Source: Planctomycetota bacterium (GTDB lineage: Bacteria > Planctomycetota > SBBH01 > JACQRN01). Taken from it: a DNA stretch of 39,468 nucleotides. This document shows positions 8,167-16,392 of this stretch, piece after piece. Under the pieces are notes generated by a model. The model ran no database searches. It saw only the letters and a program-made list of their open reading frames with translations, and was not told the origin of the DNA. The translations under genes and the position numbers were made by a program. Location: contig JACQRN010000211.1 of assembly GCA_016206515.1 (NCBI GenBank), positions 1-39,468 on the forward strand, given 5' to 3'. Position 1 is the first letter of the stretch, and each line of letters opens with the position of its first letter.

Positions 8167-9081
8167 TCACTGGCGTTCGTCGTCCCCCATCAGCATCCGC
8201 GGGACCTCGCCGCCGCGCCCCGCCTCGACGAGATACCGCACCGCGTAGAGGACCACCTGGTCCGTCCGTCCCCGGGCGGTCCGCCGCAGGAACCCCCGCA
8301 GGTAGTACGCCGCGGCGGAAACCTCCGCGCGTTCCGCGTACAGGCGCCCGAGGCCGAAGAAGGCATCCGCCACGCCTGTGCGCGACACGCGGATCGCGCG
8401 CCGGTACGCGGCCTCCTCCTCGGCGCCCAGGGCGAGAATCGCACAGGCGGTCCCGAGATTCGCCCACGCCTCGGCGCGGTCGGGATCCAGGTCGACGGCC
8501 TCCTTCAGGATGCCGTGCGCCTCCTGCGCGAGGCCGTGGTCGAGATAGAGCACCCCCAGGTCGCTGCGGATCGCCCCGTCCCGGGGCCAGCGTTCGAACA
8601 TCTCCCGGTACATCCCCCGGGCACTCTCCAGGAACCGCTCGGAGCGGGCCACGTCGCCGCTGCGCAACGCCCGCAGGGAGAGGTGGCCGTAGACGGCCGC
8701 CAGCTCCAGCCTCGGACGCTTGGCGTCGGGATCCTGTGCGAGCGCCTCCCGATACTGGCGGATCGCCTCCTCCGGCTCGCCCAGGCAGCGGAAGGAGATC
8801 CATCCGAGCCATAGCCGGAGCGTCGCCCGACGCGCCTCGACCGGCTGGATGTCCAGGGCGTCGGCGATCCGGTCGCGCGCCTGATGAAAGTACCCCGTGG
8901 CCATGGCGGGCGGCCCCGCGACCCCCTCTGCGTAGAGTCGCATCGCGTCGGCGACGAGATGCTCGAACAACAGCTGCCGCGCGGCACGGTCCCGCTGCGG
9001 GGCCTCCCGCCGGGAGTCCGAGACGCATCCGCACAGGAGGATCAGACAGGCCACCCACGACAGGAGCTGAGCGCGCCTCAC
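8167..9081 (-). CDS. TPR-repeat lipoprotein (PilF/PilW/MshN-like candidate secretin accessory)
   Basis: GTG start in a GTGA overlap with the secretin stop. Signal peptide with a Cys-containing lipobox-like end (ACLILLCGC). Repeated TPR-like A..Y......G....A motifs throughout. Confidence 0.7.
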   Translation of the reverse strand: MRRAQLLSWVACLILLCGCVSDSRREAPQRDRAARQLLFEHLVADAMRLYAEGVAGPPAMATGYFHQARDRIADALDIQPVEARRATLRLWLGWISFRCLGEPEEAIRQYREALAQDPDAKRPRLELAAVYGHLSLRALRSGDVARSERFLESARGMYREMFERWPRDGAIRSDLGVLYLDHGLAQEAHGILKEAVDLDPDRAEAWANLGTACAILALGAEEEAAYRRAIRVSRTGVADAFFGLGRLYAERAEVSAAAYYLRGFLRRTARGRTDQVVLYAVRYLVEAGRGGEVPRMLMGDDERQ

Positions 9082-10562
9082 CGGGCCCCCTCCCCCGGGA
9101 GGAAGACCCGCGTCTCCGAGCCGGAAGGGATCTCCAGCCGGTCGAGCCCCACGCCGGACGGCGGCCCCATGACCCAGTCCTCCACGGCCCCCCGCTCGGG
9201 GACGATGCGCGCGGTGACGAAGATCAGGAGGCTTTTCGGCTCGCGCTGGATCTTGACATTCCGGAACGGCGCGCCGAGCACGGGGATGCGCCCGAGCCCC
9301 GGCAGCCGCGAGGTGTTGCGCACCTCGCGGTTGCGGTAGAGCCCGCCGATCACGATCGTCTCGCCGTCACGCAGGAGGACCTGCGTGTCCGCCTCCGTCG
9401 TGAGAACCCGCGGGTAGAGGTCCCCGACGAGCTCCCCGAGCTCGCTGGCGGCGGGGTGGACGATCAGGCTGATCCGTTCGTCGCCGACGATGCGCGGGAT
9501 CACCAGCAGCTGGATTCCGATGTTCTCGAACCCCGCCAGCTCCGTGGTCTGGAGCCCCGTCAGGGCGTTGACATTCGTCGTCACGATCGGGAACCGCTCC
9601 CCGATCAGGATGCTCGCCTCGAGGTTATCCACCGTGTCGATTTGGGGCGACGAGATCGTCTGCGCCCGGTCGTCCGTCTCCACAAGTTTCAGGACCGCCG
9701 ACATCTGGGTGGCGTTCAGCGTCCCGAAGGTGAAGGTGCCCCCGGTCGACGGGAAGTTCTCCAGGGTGAAGTCCGACAGCGTCGGCTGCCCCGCCCGGAA
9801 CGGCCAGCTGGTCGGGCGTTGCGCACCGCTCGCGCCCGCCTGCACGTTCCAGTCGATCCCGAGGGTGCGGTCGAAGTCGAGGGTGGTCTCGACCAGCCGC
9901 GCCTCGATCCGGATCTGTCGGGGCTGGACGTCGAGGCGCGCGAGCGTCGAGCGGATCACATCGAGCCGCTCCGGAACGTCCGTGACCGTCAGGACCCTCG
10001 ACAGGCCCGCGCGCGTCGTCTCCACCCCCCGCCGTTCGGTCGCCCCGCCGTAGGTGAACGCCGGCCGCCCCTCCGGCGCGAAGACCTGGACCTTCCCCTG
10101 CGCCGAGACGAGCCCTTCGAGCAGGGTCCTGACGTCCGAGGCCGCCAGGTACCGCAATTCGAACACCTCGGTCCGCGTGCGCGTCCCGAGGTTCTGGAGC
10201 GTGTCGATCCGGAGGATCTCCCCCTCCCGCACGAAACCGTAGGCGTTGACCGCCAGGATGGACCGCAGGACATCCTCCCACGGGACGTCGCGCAGGACGA
10301 CCGTGACGCGCCCCGAGACCTCGGGGCCGACCACCAGGTTCAGCCGGGCCGTGTGGGCCAGGCGCTTGAGCAGATCCTGCAGGTCCGCGTTCCTCACATC
10401 CATCGAGACGAGTTCCTCCGGCTGGGGGAGCGCCTCCGCCCCGCCGGCGGGGGCAGGCTCCTGCGCCCCGACGCCCCGGAGAACCAGCAGGAAGAGGAGG
10501 GACGAGGCGATCCGCCACGCCGCGAACCGCTTAAGCGTTTCGGACCCCCCCGGGGGCCTCAA
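9078..10562 (-). CDS. secretin (GspD/PilQ family outer-membrane channel)
   Basis: Secretin C-domain motifs: VIPRIVGDERISLIVHPAASE, VLLRDGETIVIGGL, SRLPGLGRIPVLGAPFRN, LLIFVTARIV. An N-terminal AMIN/N0-like region (VSMDVRNADLQDLLKRLA) is present. The proposed start is TTG at 10562 in a TTGA overlap with the upstream stop, giving the signal peptide LKRFAAWRIASSLLFLLVLRGVGA. The ORF-track start at 10853 is R/G-rich. Confidence 0.85.
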   Translation of the reverse strand: MRPPGGSETLKRFAAWRIASSLLFLLVLRGVGAQEPAPAGGAEALPQPEELVSMDVRNADLQDLLKRLAHTARLNLVVGPEVSGRVTVVLRDVPWEDVLRSILAVNAYGFVREGEILRIDTLQNLGTRTRTEVFELRYLAASDVRTLLEGLVSAQGKVQVFAPEGRPAFTYGGATERRGVETTRAGLSRVLTVTDVPERLDVIRSTLARLDVQPRQIRIEARLVETTLDFDRTLGIDWNVQAGASGAQRPTSWPFRAGQPTLSDFTLENFPSTGGTFTFGTLNATQMSAVLKLVETDDRAQTISSPQIDTVDNLEASILIGERFPIVTTNVNALTGLQTTELAGFENIGIQLLVIPRIVGDERISLIVHPAASELGELVGDLYPRVLTTEADTQVLLRDGETIVIGGLYRNREVRNTSRLPGLGRIPVLGAPFRNVKIQREPKSLLIFVTARIVPERGAVEDWVMGPPSGVGLDRLEIPSGSETRVFLPGEGAR

Positions 10563-11062
10563 CGTGCGCCCCTCCCCCCCGGCGCATCGAGGCCCGTGCC
10601 GGATGCAAGCCGCAACGTCCGGACCCCCTCGGCCCCCTCGATCTCCACGCACTGCGGCTCGATCGCCCGGACGCGCCAAGCCCCGAGCGGGTTGCCGACC
10701 TGCACCCACTCCCCGCTCACGAGCGCCCAGCGCCCGTCCCGATCCTCGTAGATCCCCTCCAGTTCCAGCGGTCCCCGGCGCGTGGGGATCTCCTCCCGGC
10801 GGACGAACGGATCCGGCGCCATCCCCTCCAGGGGGACCTGGGGTTCCACCCAAACGAGTTCATGCCCTGCGATGTCCGGGATCCGCGCGGAGGGGCGTGG
10901 CGCCTCCGGCGCCCGGAGAGGCGCGAGCGGCGATTCCGGTGCGCGTTCGTCCCCGCGGTCCGGCCATTCCCATCCCATCCAGAGCAGGGAGGTCAACACG
11001 CACAAGCCCAGGATCTTCTCCCTCTTCGAGAGGCGCCTCAGACGTTCGTCCAGTGCGCCCAT
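10559..11062 (-). CDS. PilP/GspC-like small periplasmic protein with an N-terminal membrane anchor
   Basis: 167 aa from ATG 11062. Anchor ILGLCVLTSLLWMGW, a Pro-rich linker, then a small beta domain (WALVSGEWVQVGNPLGAWRVRAIEPQCVEIEG). It lies directly upstream of the secretin. Confidence 0.6.
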   Translation of the reverse strand: MGALDERLRRLSKREKILGLCVLTSLLWMGWEWPDRGDERAPESPLAPLRAPEAPRPSARIPDIAGHELVWVEPQVPLEGMAPDPFVRREEIPTRRGPLELEGIYEDRDGRWALVSGEWVQVGNPLGAWRVRAIEPQCVEIEGAEGVRTLRLASGTGLDAPGGRGAR

Positions 11063-11076
11063 CCCGTCGGACTCTC

Positions 11077-11511
11077 TCAGTAGCCGGAATACGCGTCCCC
11101 CTCGGCGTCGTTCCCCGAGAGGTTCGGCTGGACCGCGTTCGTCGAGGAATTGTAGTACCAGCCGCCGGCGCCAGTCAGCGAGTTGGCGATCGCCGTCGAC
11201 GGCGTGATCCGCTCCTGCGGGATCTTCCGGATAAAGACCTTGCTGTTGGCGTCCGAGGTCAACTCGACCAGGGTCGAGGCCGTCGGGTACGCGCCGTTCT
11301 CCGCGAAGTAGAGCTCGAGCGCCGTCCGCAATTCCTGGAGGTTCTGCTTGGTGGCGGCGATCTTGGCCTTCGGAAGGTTGGAGGAGTACTTCGATACCAC
11401 GATCGTGGCGAGGATCCCGATGATGACGATGACGAAGATCAGCTCGATGAGCGTCACGCCCGCCGCGCCGCGCCCCGACCTGGCCCGCCCCCCCCGGAAC
11501 ACGCCCCGCAT
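11077..11511 (-). CDS. major pseudopilin/pilin, GspG-like (class III signal peptide)
   Basis: Prepilin motif G|VTLIELIFVIVIIGILA with Glu at +5. GspG-like segment KAKIAATKQNLQELRTALELYFAENGAYP. No Cys in the mature part. The 18-aa basic leader is MRGVFRGGRARSGRGAAG, from ATG 11511. Confidence 0.85.
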   Translation of the reverse strand: MRGVFRGGRARSGRGAAGVTLIELIFVIVIIGILATIVVSKYSSNLPKAKIAATKQNLQELRTALELYFAENGAYPTASTLVELTSDANSKVFIRKIPQERITPSTAIANSLTGAGGWYYNSSTNAVQPNLSGNDAEGDAYSGY

Positions 11512-11562
11512 TGTAACCGACAAACGCCGGGCGCAAGGCAAGCCCTGGCCCTCCGCGCCGTC

Positions 11563-12696
11563 TCAACGGACCTGCGTGGTGAGATCCGCCAGGGGGACGA
11601 AGATCGCCATCGCGACGAACCCGACCACCAGCGCCATGACCGCGATCATCAGGGGCTCGATGAGGCGCGTGGCGGTCTTGAGGATCAGCTCGACCTGTCG
11701 GTCGTAGAAGACGCTCACCTTCATCAGCATCTCGTCCAGCTTGCCGGTCTCCTCGCCGACCGTGATCATCTGGGAGACGAGGGGGGGGATGAAGCGGGCG
11801 GCGCGGACCGACTCCCCAAGCGATTGCCCCCCCTCGACGGAGCGCCGGACCGCCTCGATCTCGGAGGAGAGCAGATCGTTCCCGACGACGTCGCGCGCCA
11901 TCTCCAGCGTGGTCAGGAGCGGCACCCCTCCCGCCTGCAGCACCGACATCGTGTGCGCGAAGCGCGCCATGGAGATCTGCTGGGCGACCGGGCCGATCCC
12001 CGGCAGCGAGAGCCAGAGCCGGTCGATGAGGCGGTGGCCGCCCGGCGTCCGGTGCCACACGACCCCGGCGGCGGCCGTGCCGAGGACGACGGGAAGGATC
12101 CAGATCCAGTTCCCCTGCAGGAACGCACCCGAAAACATCAACCCGCGCGTGATCGCCGGGAGCTCGGCGCCGAGATCCGTGAAGACATCCATCAGCTTCG
12201 GCAGGGTGTAGACGAGCAGGAAGGCCGTCGCCCCGAGCGCGGAAAGGACGAGGAAGGCCGGGTAGGCCAGCGCGCCCCGCAGCTGTCCGCGCAGCTCGTA
12301 GCGGCGCTCGACGAACAGCGCGAGCTTCGAGCACATCACGTCGAGCGCCCCGCCCGTCTCCCCCGCCTGGATCAGGCTCGTGTAGAGGCGGTCGAAGACC
12401 CGCGGGTAGCGCGACATCGCGGAGGAGAGCGACGCCCCCCCCTCCACCTCCAGGCACACGGCTCGCAGCACGGAGGCCATCCGGACCGAGCGCGTCTGGG
12501 AAGCGCAGACCTCGATACACCGCAGCACGGGGACCCCGGCGTTCACGAGCGTCGAGAGCTGCCAGCTCATCGCCGCGACATCCCGCAGATCCACCCGCAC
12601 CCCCGGCAGCGGCGCTCGCGGCGCGGGCGTCCCGGAGCCCCCGGCCTGGGCGGGGCGCGCCCCCTGCGCCGGGGAATCCGGCCGCGCGGGGGTCAC
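11563..12696 (-). CDS. GspF/PilC-type inner-membrane platform protein
   Basis: GTG at 12696 in a GTGA overlap with the ATPase stop. Two GspF-type repeats (LSTLVNAGVPVLRCIEV...LIQAGETGG and MSVLQAGGVPLLTTLEM...MITVGEETGKLDEML) with three hydrophobic segments. Confidence 0.85.
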   Translation of the reverse strand: MTPARPDSPAQGARPAQAGGSGTPAPRAPLPGVRVDLRDVAAMSWQLSTLVNAGVPVLRCIEVCASQTRSVRMASVLRAVCLEVEGGASLSSAMSRYPRVFDRLYTSLIQAGETGGALDVMCSKLALFVERRYELRGQLRGALAYPAFLVLSALGATAFLLVYTLPKLMDVFTDLGAELPAITRGLMFSGAFLQGNWIWILPVVLGTAAAGVVWHRTPGGHRLIDRLWLSLPGIGPVAQQISMARFAHTMSVLQAGGVPLLTTLEMARDVVGNDLLSSEIEAVRRSVEGGQSLGESVRAARFIPPLVSQMITVGEETGKLDEMLMKVSVFYDRQVELILKTATRLIEPLMIAVMALVVGFVAMAIFVPLADLTTQVR

Positions 12697-15600
12697 TCCT
12701 GCGCCACCCGCACGACCTCCTCGGGCGTCGTGACGCCCAAGACCGACATCTCGAACCCGCTCTCCCACAACGTCTTCATCCCCTCGGCGCGTGCCTGGGC
12801 GGCGATCGGGGAGGCGCCGGAGCCGCCCATCAGCAGCTTCCGGACCGGCTCGGTCACCTCGAGAAGTTCGAAAATCGCGCCCCGGCCCTTGTAGCCGCTC
12901 CCGTGGCACCGCGGGCACCCCTTCCCGTGCGTAAAATCGAATTCCACCCCGTCCACGCGCGCCAGGAGCGCCTCGATCACGGCGCGCGGCGGCTGGTAGA
13001 TCTCTCCGCACGCGGTGCAGACCTTTCGTACGAGCCTCTGCGCCAGGACGCCGACCACGGTCGTGGCGATCGAGTAGGGCTTCGCCCCCATCTCGACGAG
13101 GCGGATGAGCGCGCTGGCGGCGTCGTTCGTGTGGAGCGTCGAGAGGACGAGGTGCCCGGTCATCGCGGCCTGGCAGGCGATCTGCACGGTCTCCGCGTCG
13201 CGCATCTCGCCGATCATGATCACGTTCGGATCCTGCCGCAGGATCGAGCGCAGCCCCGTCGCGAAGGTGACCCCCGCCTTCGGGTTGATCTGCGTCTGGT
13301 TGATCCCCTTCAGCTGATACTCGACCGGGTCTTCGACCGTGATGATGTTCCTCTCGGCCGTATTGAGGACATTCAGCGACGCGTAGAGCGTGGTCGTCTT
13401 CCCCGACCCGGTCGGGCCGGTCACCAGGACGATCCCGTGGGGGGAATGGATCAGGCGCTCGTAGCGCCCGCGCATGTCGGGGTCCGAAAGGACGTCGGCC
13501 AGCTTCACCCTCGCCTGGGACTGGTCGAGGAGCCGCATGACGACCTTCTCGCCGTAGATCCCCGGCAGCGTCGAGACGCGGATGTCGACCCTCCGCCCCT
13601 GCACCTTCACGTAGATCCGCCCGTCCTGCGGGGCTCTACGCTCGGCGATGTCCAGGTTCGCCATCACCTTGACGCGACTGACCAGCGCCGGCAGCACGCT
13701 CTTCGGCGGGGACTTCTCCTCCTGGAGCATCCCGTCGACGCGGAACCGGACGCGCAGCGTCTTCTCCTCCGGCTCGAGGTGGATGTCGCTCGCGCCCGCG
13801 AGGACCGCCTGTCCGATGACCAGGTTCACCAGACGCACCACCGGCCCCCCCTGCCCCTCAAGCTCGGAGTACTCGACCTCCTTCTGCGCCTCCTCCTCGA
13901 TCACCTCGACGTCGCCCCCGCCCCCCTCGCCCCCCTCGATCTCGCTGAGCAGGTCCTGCATCGCGGCGCCGGGATCGGAGGAGGACGCCCCCCCCTCCTC
14001 GATCCGCCCGCGCAGCTCCCGGAGGACCCAGCGGGGAGCCACCATCCACTCCCCCGGCCCGCCGAGACGATCCTCGACCTGATCGAGGGCGAACGGATCC
14101 GTCGGATCCGCGGTGACCGCCACGGAGAACGCCTTGTCAGGCCCGCGTGCAACGCTGCGCAGGAGAAGGATCCCCGCCTCCTGAACCCAGGGCTCCGCGA
14201 CGGGCGCCACCTCTCCCGCCGGATACGGGAACGCCTCCGGCCCCGGCAGGAACGGCAGCCCCATCTCGCTGGCGAGGAACTGCAGGATCTTCCCCTCCGC
14301 GACGCCAGCCTTCTCGTGCAACCAGTGGGCGAACCCCGTCTGCGGCCATCCCCCCTCCCCCTCGAGACGCGAACGGATCTCCTCCGTGAGAACACCCTGC
14401 TGGACGAGACGCGCCAGAAGGGGGGGACGCTCCTGCCGGACGAGACGCGCCAGGAGGGGGACGCGCCCCCCCTTGGGGTGAACCTTTCGCGTCAGGGTCT
14501 CCCCATCGACATCCGCGTCGCCCAGGAGATCTCCGGAAACGACTTCCGCAGGGGGCGGAACCTCGGCACCCCCCGCAGGGTCCGCCTCCAGCAGATCCCG
14601 GACTTCCGCCTCCGCCGGTGGATCTTCGGAACCGGGCAATATCGCCCGGTCAAGCACCTCCTGCTCCAGCGCTCCCGCCGCCTCCTCCGGCTCCGCCGCC
14701 GCCTCCTCCCCACCGGCAGGCGTGTCGGTTTCCGAGGCGACCGTCGCCCCCTGTGGGGCCACGACAACCCCGGGAGTCGGAGGATCCTCCGGGGCGGGTC
14801 GAGCCGGCTCGTCCGGCACGGGCGGGGGGGGCATTGCAAGCGGCTCCGGGCTGGCTGCGGGCGCATCGGACAGCGCTCCGGCACCCTTCCGCGAAGCCTC
14901 GACCCTCGCAAGCGCCCCCGCCTGCGCCTCGCGCGCCTCGACCTGGAGGCGCGCGAGGATCGCTTGCCTCTCGAACCTGGCGGCGACCTCCCCGCGCAGG
15001 GATGCGAGCGCAAGGCGCCCCTCCTCCGCGCCCGCCATCCACGCGCCACGCAACGACGCGACCCGCGTCTGGATCGCCTGGACGTGCGACGAAAGCGCCC
15101 CCAGTTCCTGCTGGACCGCATCGGAATGACGGCCGGACTCCTCCGCGGCAGCCTGGAGCGAGCGAACCTGCGCCTCCGTCCGCGCCGCCTGCCACTCCAA
15201 CGCGCTCGCTCGCGCGCGCGCGGCCTCCCCCTCCCGCCGCAAAGCCTCGATCCGATCCACCCACTCCATGACACGCGAGGCGATACGGTTCTGGGCCCCC
15301 TGCACCTCCCTCTGCAAGCCCTCCAGCGCCACGAGCCGTCCGGAGATCCCCTCGGCGCCGCGGGCGATCTCCTCGGACGCCTGCTCCCGACACTCCACCC
15401 TTCGCCGCAGTTCCGAGAGTTCCTCGCCAAGCCTCTCCGAGCGCCCGGCCGCCTCCGACAGGTCCCGCAGCCGGCGCTCCACCTTCTCGATCGCGCCGTG
15501 GAGCGACCGCCTCCCCTCCTCCGACTGTCCCGACAGCACGCCCTCGATTTCCTGCCGCGCGACCTTGAGGTCCTGCGCCCACTCCCCCGGGAACCCCGCG

Positions 15601-15983
15601 AGGCGCGAGGCGACGTCCCGCTCCAGATTCGCGCGCGCGGCGCGTTCACGTTCCCACGCGGCCTTCTGCATCTGCTGCTGGGCGCCGATCCCGTCCTCCA
15701 GACCTTTCATGCGCGAGGCGAGCGGGTAGGCGATCTCCCAGGGGAGCGCTTCCAGGCGCTGCTGAAGCCCCGACACCGCCCCGGCAACCTCGACGCGCAG
15801 CGAGTGGAGCAGACCCTCGCGCAGCGCGGCGATCCGATCCTCGCGCAGGCCTCCCGTCGGTTCGAGCCCCGCCGCGACGTACCCTTGTCGCATCAGGAGG
15901 GGGATCTCCCGCTCCAGGAAGTCGGCGACGTCCCGTTCGAGACGGCGGACGATCCCCTCCCCGACAGGCTCCTCCGGCGTCAT
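12693..15983 (-). CDS. GspE/PilB-family secretion ATPase with a ~500-aa N-terminal coiled-coil/acidic extension
   Basis: C-terminal ~590 aa carry a T2SSE_N-like region (LLARLVQQGVLTEE...LASEMGLPF), Walker A GPTGSGKTT (13392-13418), VEDPVEY, IMIGEMRD, GHLVLSTLHTN and a tetracysteine CTAC...CPRCHGSGYKGR. ATG 15983 has GGAGG 11 nt upstream. There is no in-frame stop between the extension and the core. Confidence 0.85.
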   Translation of the reverse strand: MTPEEPVGEGIVRRLERDVADFLEREIPLLMRQGYVAAGLEPTGGLREDRIAALREGLLHSLRVEVAGAVSGLQQRLEALPWEIAYPLASRMKGLEDGIGAQQQMQKAAWERERAARANLERDVASRLAGFPGEWAQDLKVARQEIEGVLSGQSEEGRRSLHGAIEKVERRLRDLSEAAGRSERLGEELSELRRRVECREQASEEIARGAEGISGRLVALEGLQREVQGAQNRIASRVMEWVDRIEALRREGEAARARASALEWQAARTEAQVRSLQAAAEESGRHSDAVQQELGALSSHVQAIQTRVASLRGAWMAGAEEGRLALASLRGEVAARFERQAILARLQVEAREAQAGALARVEASRKGAGALSDAPAASPEPLAMPPPPVPDEPARPAPEDPPTPGVVVAPQGATVASETDTPAGGEEAAAEPEEAAGALEQEVLDRAILPGSEDPPAEAEVRDLLEADPAGGAEVPPPAEVVSGDLLGDADVDGETLTRKVHPKGGRVPLLARLVRQERPPLLARLVQQGVLTEEIRSRLEGEGGWPQTGFAHWLHEKAGVAEGKILQFLASEMGLPFLPGPEAFPYPAGEVAPVAEPWVQEAGILLLRSVARGPDKAFSVAVTADPTDPFALDQVEDRLGGPGEWMVAPRWVLRELRGRIEEGGASSSDPGAAMQDLLSEIEGGEGGGGDVEVIEEEAQKEVEYSELEGQGGPVVRLVNLVIGQAVLAGASDIHLEPEEKTLRVRFRVDGMLQEEKSPPKSVLPALVSRVKVMANLDIAERRAPQDGRIYVKVQGRRVDIRVSTLPGIYGEKVVMRLLDQSQARVKLADVLSDPDMRGRYERLIHSPHGIVLVTGPTGSGKTTTLYASLNVLNTAERNIITVEDPVEYQLKGINQTQINPKAGVTFATGLRSILRQDPNVIMIGEMRDAETVQIACQAAMTGHLVLSTLHTNDAASALIRLVEMGAKPYSIATTVVGVLAQRLVRKVCTACGEIYQPPRAVIEALLARVDGVEFDFTHGKGCPRCHGSGYKGRGAIFELLEVTEPVRKLLMGGSGASPIAAQARAEGMKTLWESGFEMSVLGVTTPEEVVRVAQE
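14401..14466 (-). repeat. in-frame 36-nt tandem duplication inside the ATPase gene
   Basis: The core GGACGAGACGCGCCAG occurs at 14403-14418 and 14439-14454 (+ strand text). It encodes PLLARLVRQERP / PLLARLVQQGVL at the entry of the T2SSE_N-like region. Confidence 0.75.
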
Positions 15984-15990
15984 CGCCCCA

Positions 15991-16392
15991 CTACCTCCAG
16001 GATACCCGCGTGACGCCCCCCCCCACGCCCACCGTGACCACGACCGTACGCGAGGCATTCCCCCACGTCCCGGTCGAGGCGATCTCGACGTTCCCGGAGA
16101 CGTCCGCGAGGCTCGTCGTGTACGTCCCCGTGACGCCGTCGGCGGTGGCGAAACTCTTCCCCGAGAACCCCGTCCTCCAGGAGGCGTTGCCGATCAGCTC
16201 CCGGATCGCGTCCTCCGCGCCCGCCTCGGCGCAGTAGAGCGCCATCGCCCCTCGCCACTCGTTGTCGACAATCTTGACGTGCCGCCGGGCGTTCTGGAGG
16301 AACGTCACGCAGATCGAGAACAGGATCACCATCGTCCCGAGCGCCAGGACGAACACCGCCCCGCGGGAGCCCTCCCTCCCTTTCACGCTCAT
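15991..16392 (-). CDS. PilX/GspK-like minor pseudopilin
   Basis: 133 aa from ATG 16392, in an ATGA overlap with the upstream stop. Non-canonical N-terminal hydrophobic helix GAVFVLALGTMVILFSICVTFL, followed by ALYCAEAGAEDAIRELI as in PilX_N-type proteins. Only the last third of the 539-aa ORF looks coding. Confidence 0.65.
   Translation of the reverse strand: MSVKGREGSRGAVFVLALGTMVILFSICVTFLQNARRHVKIVDNEWRGAMALYCAEAGAEDAIRELIGNASWRTGFSGKSFATADGVTGTYTTSLADVSGNVEIASTGTWGNASRTVVVTVGVGGGVTRVSWR

Noticed and set aside
7749-10751. 1,000-aa ORF on the + strand opposite the pilM, TPR and secretin genes
   Set aside because: The composition is extreme Arg/Pro/Gly/Ala with no motifs, typical of a high-GC shadow frame. 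The - strand carries clearly recognisable secretin, TPR and PilM sequences.
12435-12443. Apparent C9 tract in the platform gene
   Set aside because: My by-eye count (9) disagreed with both ORF-track translations, which imply C8. I therefore reported only homopolymers whose length is confirmed by translations (G12 at 2438, G11 at 16807).
12693-15983. Possibility that the 1,096-aa ATPase ORF is really two genes (a coiled-coil protein plus a normal PilB)
   Set aside because: There is no in-frame stop and no obvious internal SD-plus-start just upstream of the T2SSE_N-like region, so I kept it as a fusion. Internal initiation cannot be excluded without experimental data.
12903-16013. 1,036-aa ORF on the + strand opposite the ATPase gene
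   Set aside because: It is an R/P/L/D-rich shadow of the GspE/PilB gene. The - strand frame has Walker A, Asp/His boxes and the tetracysteine motif.
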